From: a virus
Taxonomy: Duplodnaviria > Caudoviricetes
DNA length: 64,000 nucleotides
IMG/VR virus record: IMGVR_UViG_3300037483_000378
Coordinates: 16,503-80,502 of that record
Reading direction: 5' to 3' (one strand)
A model generated the notes under the pieces. That model made no database searches. It was not told the origin of the DNA and saw only the letters and a list, made by a program, of their open reading frames with translations. Shown in pieces: positions 25,097-34,480 of the stretch. Position 1 is the first letter of the stretch. Every line of letters starts with the position of its first letter. The position numbers and the translations under genes are program-made.

Positions 25097-27949
25097 TCAG
25101 CCCCCCACCGGAGCGTAGTCAGGCAGTCGCGTCACGCCGTCAAGCGCGGTGAGGCGCCGAAGCTCCGAGCTGACGCGCCGAATCTCGTTGCCGCGCGAGT
25201 CCACCAGGATGACCTGCACGCTCTGCTGCCCCGGCTGAATCTGCTTCTGCTGCTCAAGCGCCTTCTGTGAGTACTGGTCCACCTCCACGCGCTGCCGGTC
25301 GTTGCGCTTCGACAGCACGGCTGCGAGTATCCCGCCGATCGCTCCGAACACGGGTACGCCGAACCCGCCGAAGATGGACCCGAGCGGGCCGTCCTTTTGA
25401 GCGAGCGTCTGCATGATCTGCGTCATCGCGTTGACTACGGTGACCTCGATCTGGCCCATCCCTCCCGCGAACGCCGCGACGATCGCGCCCATGCCGCTGA
25501 TCGTGATGGCGGTCACGTCGAGCTGTGCTTGACGCGCGATGCCGAGCGCGTCCGCGTAGTCCTCGACGGACAGTCCGGCGGACCGTGCCGCTCTGCGAAG
25601 GAGGTCGAACTGCTCTACCGACATGCCGAACTCGCTCGCCTTCGTCGCCTGCCGCTGCGCTGTCGCGAACGCGGCCATGAGCGTCGTCGCAGAAAGTGAT
25701 GGCAACGTGGGCGTGAACTTGCCCGTATTCTCGTCCGTGGTGCCCGGCACGCTGGGCTGCGGTAGGACACCCATGGCAGCAGCGGCACCAGGCACAGGGA
25801 GACCAAGCCGGAAGTTGCCCAAGGAGCGCGGCGTGAAGTCCATGGCAGCGATCTTGGCTTGCGCCATGCGGCCCAACTCCGCAGTGACGCGGGCCAGCGC
25901 GCTCTCGGTCAGCTGCATTTCCGTGCGCGCCTTGGCGATGGACTCGCCCATGTCCTTCCACACGTCACTACCCACAGCTAGGCCCGCCTGCGAGGTCTCC
26001 AGCGTGAACAACTGCTTCCGCGCGCCCTCCATCTGCTGCTTCAACTCGGCGTGCACGTCGCCCAGCTCGCGCGCGCTGAGTCGCACCGTGGACCCGAACC
26101 CGACGGCCACCTTGTCCAGCTCCGCCTTCAGGTCCGCCGCCGCGCGTGCGGCAGCGAACTCCTCCGTTTGGAGGCGCTGAAACTCAGGACCCAGTACGGC
26201 CACCTTCGCTCGCAGGCCAGGTAGCACTCGCTCCAGGTCTTCGATCTGCAACTGTAGGCTAGATTTCCTACCCATCTCTTCACGTCGCAGCTTGCCGAGC
26301 TGGCTGGGCATCGCATCCTCGCGCCTCACCGCGAACTCGGCTTCTACCGCCGCCAGATCAGCCCGGGCCTTCTTGAGCTGCTCTTCCGCTGCGTCCCTTT
26401 GCCGCTGCGCACCTACGAACAGGCCCACGACCTCCACGGAGCCAAGCCCCTCGATGCCGCTTTTCACGTCCGCCAGCATCCCGCGCCAGCTATCGGCGGC
26501 GTCCCGGGCCACCTTGTCCGCACGAGCGAATGCGGCGGCCAGCAGCGCGACCCCCGTAAGCACCGCGCCGATCACCGTCGTGGATGCTAGCGTACGCAGC
26601 ACCAGCGTGAGCGTGGGCACCGCCACGGCGAGCCGCGTGACGGCAACCGTGATGGCAGGGATCGCCATCTGCGCCGCCTTCATTCCGGTCACCAGCGCCC
26701 AAGCCCGCATCAACCCGGACACGGCGAGCATGGCGGGACCGGCAGCAGCGGTGAGCGCGACGAGCCCCACGGCCGTCGTGCGGATTGGGGCCGGCAGCGC
26801 CGTGAACACCTGCACGCCCACGCGCACCACGTCGAGGAGCCCACCGGCCGCGCCCGCCGCGAGCTTGGCGGCCGGTGCCATGCCCGTGCCCAGCTCGGCC
26901 GCGACGTTCGTAGCCTTGTTCGCCACGACGATGAAGTCAGCCGCCATGCGCTTGTAGAACTTATCAGCCTCCTTCGTCATCGCCGTGTTCTCTGCCCACA
27001 GCTTCGTGCCGCGCTCCGTGGCGTCGGAGAGCAGGTCGCCTGCGTTGGCGAGCGACAGGAACGCGCGGGCGAGCCGCTGGTCGCCTGCGATCAGTTCCTC
27101 AAGCACGGACGCCGCCAGGTCACCCTCGCGCTTCAGCCCCCCGACGAACGCGCTGAACGCCTGGGCTGGCTTGTCGTGCCACGTAGCGACGAACTCCTCC
27201 GACGACATGCCGGAGACTTCCGCAAACCGCGCTACCTCGGCACCTCCCGTGGCCACGGCCGTGTTGATCGTGATGAGCGCCTTCTGCATAGCCGTGCCAC
27301 CGGCTTCCGCCTGCACGCCGACGGACGACAGCGAGGCGCCGAGCGCGAAGACTTCCGCCTCCGTGAACCCGGCGATCCTACCGGCGCCCGCCATGCGCAA
27401 GGCGAACTCCGTGATCTCGGCTTCCGTGGTGGCCATCGTGTTGCCGAGCCCGACGATCACGGAACCCATCCGGTCGAAGTCGCCCTGCGACGTGCCCATG
27501 ATGTTGGCCATCCGGGCCAGCGCGTTGCCGGCGCTTTCCGCCGTCAGGTTCGTCGAAACGGAGAGTGCGGCGACCGTCGTCGTGAAGCCGAGGATGGACT
27601 CCGTGGCGATGCCGAGCTGCCCTGCCTGAGCGCCGATTCCCGCCAGCTCGTTCGACGCGACGGGGATGGCCTCGCTAAGTGCCACGAACTCTTGACCGAG
27701 CCGTTCGATGCGCTCGATGGGCGCATCCACGGTCTTCGCCACGCCCACCATGGCCGTGTCCCACGATGCGGCGGCACGGATCGCGGTCGCGGCACCTGCC
27801 ACGAGCGGAAGCGTGATCCCGAGGGACATGCGCATCCCGGCCTGCTGCACCTTCTCGGCAGCCCCCATCACACCACGGCTAACGGCGTCGAACTCCTTGA
27901 CCGCCTGCTCAGCCTGTGCGTTGATGATGATGGTGATGCGCTCGGCCAT
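25097..27949 (-). CDS. tape measure protein (TP901 family)
   Basis: WDTAMVGVAKT...GSVIVGLGNTMATTEAEI...AGGTAM; 950 aa helical. Confidence 0.93.
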   Translation of the reverse strand: MAERITIIINAQAEQAVKEFDAVSRGVMGAAEKVQQAGMRMSLGITLPLVAGAATAIRAAASWDTAMVGVAKTVDAPIERIERLGQEFVALSEAIPVASNELAGIGAQAGQLGIATESILGFTTTVAALSVSTNLTAESAGNALARMANIMGTSQGDFDRMGSVIVGLGNTMATTEAEITEFALRMAGAGRIAGFTEAEVFALGASLSSVGVQAEAGGTAMQKALITINTAVATGGAEVARFAEVSGMSSEEFVATWHDKPAQAFSAFVGGLKREGDLAASVLEELIAGDQRLARAFLSLANAGDLLSDATERGTKLWAENTAMTKEADKFYKRMAADFIVVANKATNVAAELGTGMAPAAKLAAGAAGGLLDVVRVGVQVFTALPAPIRTTAVGLVALTAAAGPAMLAVSGLMRAWALVTGMKAAQMAIPAITVAVTRLAVAVPTLTLVLRTLASTTVIGAVLTGVALLAAAFARADKVARDAADSWRGMLADVKSGIEGLGSVEVVGLFVGAQRQRDAAEEQLKKARADLAAVEAEFAVRREDAMPSQLGKLRREEMGRKSSLQLQIEDLERVLPGLRAKVAVLGPEFQRLQTEEFAAARAAADLKAELDKVAVGFGSTVRLSARELGDVHAELKQQMEGARKQLFTLETSQAGLAVGSDVWKDMGESIAKARTEMQLTESALARVTAELGRMAQAKIAAMDFTPRSLGNFRLGLPVPGAAAAMGVLPQPSVPGTTDENTGKFTPTLPSLSATTLMAAFATAQRQATKASEFGMSVEQFDLLRRAARSAGLSVEDYADALGIARQAQLDVTAITISGMGAIVAAFAGGMGQIEVTVVNAMTQIMQTLAQKDGPLGSIFGGFGVPVFGAIGGILAAVLSKRNDRQRVEVDQYSQKALEQQKQIQPGQQSVQVILVDSRGNEIRRVSSELRRLTALDGVTRLPDYAPVGG

Positions 27950-27967
27950 CCGTGCCTTCCCTCTCCG

Positions 27968-28192
27968 CTAGTGCTTCTTCTGGCCGGCTGCGTAACCGGC
28001 CGAAATCTCAAGCATCGCCTCACCCCACCACGGGTCCACATCGTCCCAGCTCGACAGACCCAACTCGACCGGGGTTTTGCCCCAGTTCTCCAGCATCGTC
28101 CAGCTGACCACCAGCCGCCGCTCGCGCCGGCTCAACGACCGCAGCGGGTTCATGCCACGGGCGATCGTCCTGCCGGCGCCCCTCAGTTTCCC
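27968..28192 (-). CDS. tail assembly chaperone GT, -1 frame extension
   Basis: slippery G GGA AAC at 28192-28186 just before the G stop; -1 frame open to 27968. Confidence 0.8.
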   Translation of the reverse strand, partial: GKLRGAGRTIARGMNPLRSLSRRERRLVVSWTMLENWGKTPVELGLSSWDDVDPWWGEAMLEISAGYAAGQKKH

Positions 28193-28560
28193 CGGGACGT
28201 GCCCGCCAGCATGGCATCCGTGATCAGCTCGTTGCCGCCCTTGACCTTCCAGCCCGGCTTGAGCCGCGCGAGGTGGTCCGCGTCCCCGGCCACGAACGGC
28301 GCTCCGTCGAACGTCGGCACGTCGGAGCCCTCGAACCCGAGAAGGTGGGATTCGAAGGCCACGACCATCTCCTGGAGCGAAGCGCGCAGCGTCACGGAGT
28401 CGTTGCGCACGCCTTCCTCGCCAGCCTTCGGCACCACCACCTCGGGAGCCGACCGCTCCCACACCGCTGCCAGTTCGCGCGACGTCATCGTGCGCAAGAT
28501 CGCCGTGACGCCCTCTACCATTTCTACCTTCATCGTCGGCAGCCGCTTCGGCATTTCCAT
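28183..28560 (-). CDS. tail assembly chaperone G
   Basis: between tail tube and tape measure; ends ..SRGN*. Confidence 0.8.
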   Translation of the reverse strand: MEMPKRLPTMKVEMVEGVTAILRTMTSRELAAVWERSAPEVVVPKAGEEGVRNDSVTLRASLQEMVVAFESHLLGFEGSDVPTFDGAPFVAGDADHLARLKPGWKVKGGNELITDAMLAGTSRGN

Positions 28561-28707
28561 GACTCGCCTTCCTTTCGCATCCCGCGTTTCGTTGGATTGT
28601 CTACGTGATTCTACGAGGGGTCTTCACCGCCCACCCCGTCGAGCATTCATGGGCCCAGGTAATGGGAGATGCCCGGGCAGAATGTCGCTCGACGTCACTG
28701 CTCTTGA

Positions 28708-28788
28708 CGGAGGGAGCGGGAGTCGAACCCGCCAGGAGTGGGATGAGGCTCCTGCCGGCGCCCGCACCACGTCGCGCCGGACCCCTCA
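28708..28788 (-). ncRNA. tRNA-like cloverleaf in tail operon
   Basis: GAGGGG/TCCCTC acceptor, 6-bp D stem, 6-bp stem with 10-nt loop, GCGGG-TTCGACT-CCCGC. Confidence 0.55.
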
Positions 28789-28815
28789 TGCTTCGTGCTT
28801 CCAGTCAACCCTCTC

Positions 28816-29799
28816 CTAGTCGAATACGATCGACAGCGAGTCCTCCGTCTCCGCATCCGTGTGCTGGCACCGGATCGTGAGATCGGTGAGCGCCATGCCG
28901 TCGCGCTCCGGCCCGCTGTGCTCGATGATGCGACCCTTCGGGCCGCTCGCAGTCACCCGGTTGTACTGCGTCGCCCCGACCGGCCCGATGTCCCACGCGA
29001 AGAGCGTGCCTGCGTGGCGCAGCGCCCACGGGTCGAACGTGCTGATCGCCCCGCGCTCGATGGTCGTCTTGATCATCGGGTTATAGTCCGTCACGTACAC
29101 GCCAGCGAAGCCGTCCGTGTCGTTGCCGTGCGGGAGGTCGGCCAGTTCGATGCCGAGGTCGAGCTCGAAGTCGTCGAACCCGGCAGGGTCCACAGAGTTG
29201 AGCGACAGCCCCGCACCCTTCACCGTCGGCGGCGTCACGGCCTCGTACGCGTACGTGATCGTCGGCAGCGCGACCTGCGTCACGCCTGCCAAGAACCCGC
29301 GCAGCGAGAACACGGCGCGCGGGATCTGGCCCGGCGTGAAGAGGAACCGCGCGTTGCCTCGGCACCCGTTAACCTTGAACAGCTTCCCGCCGCTGTACGC
29401 CCACACGGTCGCGCTTTCGAAGCCGCTCGACCGGAGCGTGTACGTGCAGACCTTCGCGCCAGCACTGCCCGTCACCGTGGGCTGCAGGGCGCATGCCCTC
29501 AGAAACACGTCGTACTCCGGCACCACTGTGCCCGTTGCGTAGGCCAAGAGCGTGCCCTTGAGGGCCGTCGTCACCTCAAGGTCCATCCATCTCCCCGTGG
29601 GCGTCGCGGAGCCGACGCGGCCCAGGCCCACACCCGCGAGGTTCTCCCGCAGGTTCTCCTCCACGTAGCCCCACGTCGTGTTGTCGTGCAGCGTCTCCTC
29701 GACCTGCACGCCGTCGGTTCCCACGACGGGTGTGGGGTCCGTCTTGTAGACGCTCTCGATCTTCGCCAGGAGCCCTTCCAGCCGCACTAGCTCGGGCAT
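28816..29799 (-). CDS. major tail tube protein
   Basis: LLAKIESVYKTDP...PEYDVFLRAC; 327 aa; position. Confidence 0.85.
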   Translation of the reverse strand: MPELVRLEGLLAKIESVYKTDPTPVVGTDGVQVEETLHDNTTWGYVEENLRENLAGVGLGRVGSATPTGRWMDLEVTTALKGTLLAYATGTVVPEYDVFLRACALQPTVTGSAGAKVCTYTLRSSGFESATVWAYSGGKLFKVNGCRGNARFLFTPGQIPRAVFSLRGFLAGVTQVALPTITYAYEAVTPPTVKGAGLSLNSVDPAGFDDFELDLGIELADLPHGNDTDGFAGVYVTDYNPMIKTTIERGAISTFDPWALRHAGTLFAWDIGPVGATQYNRVTASGPKGRIIEHSGPERDGMALTDLTIRCQHTDAETEDSLSIVFD

Positions 29800-29803
29800 A
29801 GTG

Positions 29804-29995
29804 TCATCTCCCTCTCTTCAGGTGGTTCGGCCCCTTGGCCTTGTGGCAGCGGTGCGCGGCAAACGCTACCGGCTCCGCGATCGTCTCGGTCCCGCACTTC
29901 AGGCAGACGTAGGCAACCTCCTCACCGGCGCCGTCCCGATCCCTGATGACGGCGTACGGGCGATCGTCGATCCACCCCTCACGATTCAGCGTCAT
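29804..29995 (-). CDS. small Cys/His protein
   Basis: CLKC...HRCH; 63 aa. Confidence 0.5.
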   Translation of the reverse strand: MTLNREGWIDDRPYAVIRDRDGAGEEVAYVCLKCGTETIAEPVAFAAHRCHKAKGPNHLKRGR

Positions 29996-30390
29996 CTCGC
30001 CGCGCTCTCGTGATCAGCCCACGCCGCGTCGGCTGCGTCCGAGCGTCCGTGGAATTTCCCCTTGTCCGGCCCTTCCAACTCTCGTCCGTCCGGCGCCTTC
30101 ACGGTCCCGTACCCACCCCTAGACCACCGACCCGCGTAGGCGTATCCGGGCGGGAGGGCGATGGGGTCGTCGTCGGGACGTGCTACGGGCCCCGCCATGG
30201 GCCCTACGGCCGTCGTCGCCAGCTCCGGGGGCACCTTACCACCCCCAGACGTACCGGGGCAGCGTACCGAGTGCCTGGCGAAGCGCTCGACGTTTCGGAA
30301 TGACTCCAGGCAGTCGAGGCAAACGAGCCCGCCCGTGTCGTCGAGGGCGAAGCGCCTGCCCGCGATGGACCCAGCATTCTGCATGGTCAT
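29992..30390 (-). CDS. hypothetical protein with C2H2-like motif
   Basis: CLDCLESF...HSVRC; GAGGAG RBS. Confidence 0.55.
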   Translation of the reverse strand: MTMQNAGSIAGRRFALDDTGGLVCLDCLESFRNVERFARHSVRCPGTSGGGKVPPELATTAVGPMAGPVARPDDDPIALPPGYAYAGRWSRGGYGTVKAPDGRELEGPDKGKFHGRSDAADAAWADHESAAR

Positions 30391-30626
30391 GCGTTCTCCT
30401 CGGTTTTGTCCATGCTGCCGCCGAATACTCGACCGCACGCCCGACAATGCGACGGTGCCACGCCGTCACCCGGCGCTCGCGCGCCCTTCGGGTGCCGGCA
30501 CACGTCAGGCTCGGCAGCCAGCCGGTCTGCCAGCGCGCGGAACGCCTCACTCATGGCCATGGCGTGGTCATAGGCTTCCTGGAGGTCCATGCCGACGCGA
30601 ATCACGGAGTCGCCGTTACGCATCAC
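30387..30626 (-). CDS. hypothetical protein
   Basis: 79 aa; CRH...CRAC; overlapping stop/start. Confidence 0.5.
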   Translation of the reverse strand: MMRNGDSVIRVGMDLQEAYDHAMAMSEAFRALADRLAAEPDVCRHPKGARAPGDGVAPSHCRACGRVFGGSMDKTEENA

Positions 30627-31120
30627 ACGACGTCCCTATCGTTCGCCGGAAACTCCACCACCACGCCGTCCTCGAACCAGTTGGCATCCCTGGTGAACGC
30701 CGTGCCCATGGTCTCGATCCTCACGCTGTCCCGCCCCTCTGCCACGCCCCACACGAGCCCGCTTCCTGAGCCCGCCATGCGATCCACGGACAGCATGATG
30801 GCCTCGGCAGCCAGTTCCACGTGGGCGCCGAGCAGGGCCGCATCCTGCCCCGTCGAGTAGTATGCGGCCTGCACGGTGACCGTGCTGTCACGCTTCGCCT
30901 GATTCTTCGCCCCCGTCTGCGCGCCCTGACTCGTGACGCCGAGCCCGGGAAGGTTCGCCGGGCTGGTGGCCCACGCGAGCAGGCCCTCGCGCTTGCGCAC
31001 CGTGCCACCCACGATGCCGGTCGGCGTTGCTACGCCCTTCGCCGTGCAGAGCGCGGTGAGGTCCGCGTCGAAGTTCGCGTCGAGCACGGACGCCACGAGG
31101 TCTACGACGTCGTAGAGCAT
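30623..31120 (-). CDS. tail terminator/completion protein
   Basis: position in neck cluster; 165 aa. Confidence 0.65.
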   Translation of the reverse strand: MLYDVVDLVASVLDANFDADLTALCTAKGVATPTGIVGGTVRKREGLLAWATSPANLPGLGVTSQGAQTGAKNQAKRDSTVTVQAAYYSTGQDAALLGAHVELAAEAIMLSVDRMAGSGSGLVWGVAEGRDSVRIETMGTAFTRDANWFEDGVVVEFPANDRDVV

Positions 31121-31708
31121 TTAGCCTGCCCTCCGGAACGCGAGCCCCGACCGAGCGAATGCTTCAGCCCGGATCTGAGCCTGCGGCATGCCGCTCATCC
31201 ACATGCGCACGGGCTCTACCGTGAGCACGCGCTTCTGCGCGTCATCGCGGAACCCGAGCATCGGACGGAACGGGATCTTCGTGCGCGGCGCCCGACTGTT
31301 GTGAAACGCGATGATCGGGTGCGTGCTGCCCCACTCCATGGTCTGCGATGTGATGGAGCGCACGTGGTGCTCCCCGCCCACCTGGAAGCTCCGCGCCATG
31401 CCGCCCGTCCACATGAGCGGCGTCGTCATGGACACCCCTGCCCCGGGCGCGTTCCGGCCGTAGTATCCCCAGCGCTCGCGGCGCGCCTTCACCGTGCCCT
31501 CTGCCAGCGGCCGCCACCGCTCCGCGAGCCCGCCGCCGCGCGTGCGGATGTTCTCAGCCGTCTGGGCTTGCAGCAGATCTGCTACCACTTCCAAGCCGGG
31601 CTGGAGATCCATGGCGCGGCGTGCCAGGCCCTCGATCTTGTCGATGACCTCGTCGGCTCCCAGGATCGTGACCTTGATCCCGCGCCCCAAGTTCTTCGGG
31701 CCGGCCAT
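31121..31708 (-). CDS. virion morphogenesis protein (Mu gpG-like)
   Basis: RWRPLAEGTV...PLMWTG.MARS...WGS...AFH...IPFRPMLG. Confidence 0.8.
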   Translation of the reverse strand: MAGPKNLGRGIKVTILGADEVIDKIEGLARRAMDLQPGLEVVADLLQAQTAENIRTRGGGLAERWRPLAEGTVKARRERWGYYGRNAPGAGVSMTTPLMWTGGMARSFQVGGEHHVRSITSQTMEWGSTHPIIAFHNSRAPRTKIPFRPMLGFRDDAQKRVLTVEPVRMWMSGMPQAQIRAEAFARSGLAFRRAG

Positions 31709-31709
31709 G

Positions 31710-32054
31710 CTAGGTCAGCAACCAGGGCGTCGCCCTGGCCTCCAAGTCATCCGCACGCCGACTGAACTCGTCGGCAGCCGCGGCCTTCACCGGGCCTGCC
31801 CCCGTGATGGCGATCTCCGCGTTCTTCGAGAGCGCGCTCGCGATCGCACGGCATGCGGCAGCGGCAGCGCGGAGCACGTATCGCTCGTTCGAGCCCGCAG
31901 GCGACGTGGTGCTGGTCAGGCCCTCTTCGACGAGCAGCGCGGCGATCTCGTCATCGTCGAGGCGATGGCCCTGCAGGAGCGTGTCACCGACGAGGAACCG
32001 AACGCGATCGAGCGCCCGCGTTCCCGTCGTCGCCGCACTGTAGGTGAATGCCAT
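31710..32054 (-). CDS. head-tail connector-like protein
   Basis: DRVRFLVGDT...LDDDEIAALL...AAAACRAIA. Confidence 0.7.
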   Translation of the reverse strand: MAFTYSAATTGTRALDRVRFLVGDTLLQGHRLDDDEIAALLVEEGLTSTTSPAGSNERYVLRAAAAACRAIASALSKNAEIAITGAGPVKAAAADEFSRRADDLEARATPWLLT

Positions 32055-32076
32055 CGGATCGCGTCCTCCACGTAAG

Positions 32077-32442
32077 TCACAGGATGTCGCCCACGTACTC
32101 CGACATGTCTTCGCCGAACGGGCTGATGCGGTACTCCGCCGCGTCCATCAGCTCGATCGGGTCACTCTCGATCGCCCGCACGTCGTACTGCTTCGCCAGC
32201 TCCGACCACCGGCCCACCGGGTTACCAGTCGCGCGCAGCGCTATGCGGCTTCGCGCCGCGTTCGCGGCGATCGCTCGGCATGCCACGGCAGCAGCGCCGT
32301 ACACCGACCCGCCCTCCATCGCCAGGAACGCATCGACGTCCGCGTCGGTGAAGATCTGATTCCGCTCAGCCACCACGTCCGTGTCTCCGACGAGGAGGCG
32401 AACCCTACCGCGAGACGTCGTCGGGTCGAAGCTAAACGCCAC
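32077..32442 (-). CDS. head-tail connector-like protein (paralog)
   Basis: GRVRLLVGDT...FTDADVDAFL...AAAVACRAIA. Confidence 0.7.
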   Translation of the reverse strand: MAFSFDPTTSRGRVRLLVGDTDVVAERNQIFTDADVDAFLAMEGGSVYGAAAVACRAIAANAARSRIALRATGNPVGRWSELAKQYDVRAIESDPIELMDAAEYRISPFGEDMSEYVGDIL

Positions 32443-32457
32443 GGGCCGGTACTCCGG

Positions 32458-32898
32458 TTACCCGACTGCCCGAGCGGCCAACGCCCTCGCCACCAGTCCT
32501 GCTCCCGCCTTCCCGATGCCCTTCACCCTCGTGACGGTCAGGTCGGCCGGGATCTTGTCGAACGTCACGATGCCGACGGCCGCCAGCTCCTTAGCGTGCG
32601 GGAACTCGGCCGGGATCAGCTCCGGCTCGTCGTCCGCCTTCTGGCCCGGTGCGCTCGGCTCCACGTCTGCCTCGTCAACGTCAACTGCGCCGCCGCCGTA
32701 TTCCGCGACCGGTGCCGGCACGTGCTCTGCCACGTCATGCCCGCTCTCCTTGCACCACGTCACGTACGTGGCCCGATGCACGTCGTCGAGCGGCTCTGCC
32801 AGGCCCGCGGCGATCTGTCGGTGCGCAGCCGAGCACTGCGCTTCCACCATCCGTCCGTCTGACAGATAGCGGTACCTGATGTATGCGTCACGCGCCAT
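32458..32898 (-). CDS. hypothetical protein with C-terminal HhH-like motif
   Basis: LTVTRVKGIGKAGA; GGAAG RBS. Confidence 0.6.
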   Translation of the reverse strand: MARDAYIRYRYLSDGRMVEAQCSAAHRQIAAGLAEPLDDVHRATYVTWCKESGHDVAEHVPAPVAEYGGGAVDVDEADVEPSAPGQKADDEPELIPAEFPHAKELAAVGIVTFDKIPADLTVTRVKGIGKAGAGLVARALAARAVG

Positions 32899-32949
32899 CG
32901 CTCTTCCCTCCCACAACGAGGAATCTTTGGTGTGCTCGGGGGTGGGCAC

Positions 32950-32987
32950 GCCGCCGGGCCCCCGCTTAGAACGCGGACCCGGCGGCA
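32950..32987 (-). terminator. GC hairpin after major capsid gene
   Basis: GCCGCCGGG..CCCGGCGGC inverted repeat; no clear U tract. Confidence 0.35.
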
Positions 32988-33017
32988 TCGCCCCCGAAGG
33001 CTACTGCCACCGTCTCG

Positions 33018-34310
33018 TTAGACGGCGTTTACCTTGATCACCAGACGGTGGTCGCGAGCGAAGATGTCGCCGTACTCGCGCACCTTGAACCGGGCCAGCA
33101 CGTCGCGCTCGAACTGCTCGTCGTTCTGCGCAGGGGCGCGGAAGGTCTGAAGCGGCCAGACCTCCTTGTACGCAAACTGCCGCGGGAAGTCGCCGATGAG
33201 CCAGTCGCTCGCGTCGTCCCACTGGTCCGCACCCTGAGCTGCGTCGAGGTATGCGGACGCAACCGACTTGAGGCTCCCGGCCCCGAGCACGTTGAGGATC
33301 GCGGCGCTGGGTGCCGTCGTGCCGCCCGCGCTGCTCGTGTCCGTGAGCAGCGTCGCTGCGAAGATGCGTGCCGCCTGTCCTGCCAGCTCCATGGCCGTGA
33401 GGACGTGCGTCGGCCGCCAGGTGATGGGCTGCGTGCCCAGCGTGTCGTCCGTCTCGCGGTCGTCCCGCACGTTCGCCGCGTGATAGGCCATGGCCTCGGA
33501 TATGTCCGTCCAGTCCACGAGCGGCGTCGCCGTGCTCAGCAGGTTCGCGTTGCCGGTGCTGTAGAGCTGCGTCGCAGTGCCCGTCGGCCGGTACACGCGC
33601 TCCGTCGAAGCCACGTCTGCCACGCCGCGGATGATCCGACGCTCGCGCTCCTCGCGCGACATGCGACCGAGCTGCATCGCGTGGTCGAGAATCTGACCCG
33701 TCTGGTCGAAGTACACCGCCTCTTCCGTGATCGAGAGCAGGCGGCCGCGCTTCGTCTCCGTCGTGGTGACGTACTTCTCACCGAACGTGCTCTCCTGGTA
33801 GCTGTCCCCCTCACCCACGGGCTTCGGCCCCTGAAGCGAGGTGAACCCCACCATGCGCTCGCCGCGCAGCTTGCTCGGCATCCTCGTCACGAGCTGGTCG
33901 CCCACGAAGCCCGGGGCCTCGTACCCTGCGATGACCTGCAGGGCGGTGAGCTGCCCCACGGCGCTCGCGAACGCAGAGGACGCGATCGCAGACTCGCGAA
34001 CGGATTCGGGCGCCCCGAAGAGCCGCCGATCCTCGATGAGTCCGGACCGACCCTCACCGACGTTCAACGTCTCTTCCACGGGCCCGACCATGCCCTCCCA
34101 GAGCGCCCGGAAGCTGAACTGCAGGGGGCTCTTCCGCGGCAGCTTGCCGCCGCCGTCCACCGTCACGTGCGACTCCAGGAGCGGACGCCCGTCCGGCCCC
34201 TCGGGGACGCGGCCCTCTTCCGTCAGGCCCAGAAGCCGAGCCTGGATCCTCAGATACCCAGCGTATCCCTTCTCTTCGACGATACGCCGGATTTCGCCGG
34301 TGCGAAGCAT
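33018..34310 (-). CDS. major capsid protein (HK97 fold, Mu gpT-like)
   Basis: 430 aa; TKRGRLLSITEEAVYFDQTGQI; position after decoration protein. Confidence 0.85.
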   Translation of the reverse strand: MLRTGEIRRIVEEKGYAGYLRIQARLLGLTEEGRVPEGPDGRPLLESHVTVDGGGKLPRKSPLQFSFRALWEGMVGPVEETLNVGEGRSGLIEDRRLFGAPESVRESAIASSAFASAVGQLTALQVIAGYEAPGFVGDQLVTRMPSKLRGERMVGFTSLQGPKPVGEGDSYQESTFGEKYVTTTETKRGRLLSITEEAVYFDQTGQILDHAMQLGRMSREERERRIIRGVADVASTERVYRPTGTATQLYSTGNANLLSTATPLVDWTDISEAMAYHAANVRDDRETDDTLGTQPITWRPTHVLTAMELAGQAARIFAATLLTDTSSAGGTTAPSAAILNVLGAGSLKSVASAYLDAAQGADQWDDASDWLIGDFPRQFAYKEVWPLQTFRAPAQNDEQFERDVLARFKVREYGDIFARDHRLVIKVNAV

Positions 34311-34480
34311 CGTAGTACTCTCCCCTCGGGGGGTGTCACTTTGGCCCGTCTTTTCCAGCCGCCTTTATCCTCCGTCGCTCCCTTCCGTTCGCCTGCAGGC
34401 TGCGGGGGGCGGCCGGGCTCGGGCTTTCACCCGGCCAGCCCCCGCGCCCCTTTCAGGCGTGCGGTCCTACATCATCGTGC

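Noticed and set aside
28708-28788. tRNA-Sec or an attP site
   Set aside because: It has 6-bp D and anticodon stems, but no long variable arm, a 10-nt loop and a 7-nt acceptor; no integrase in the window
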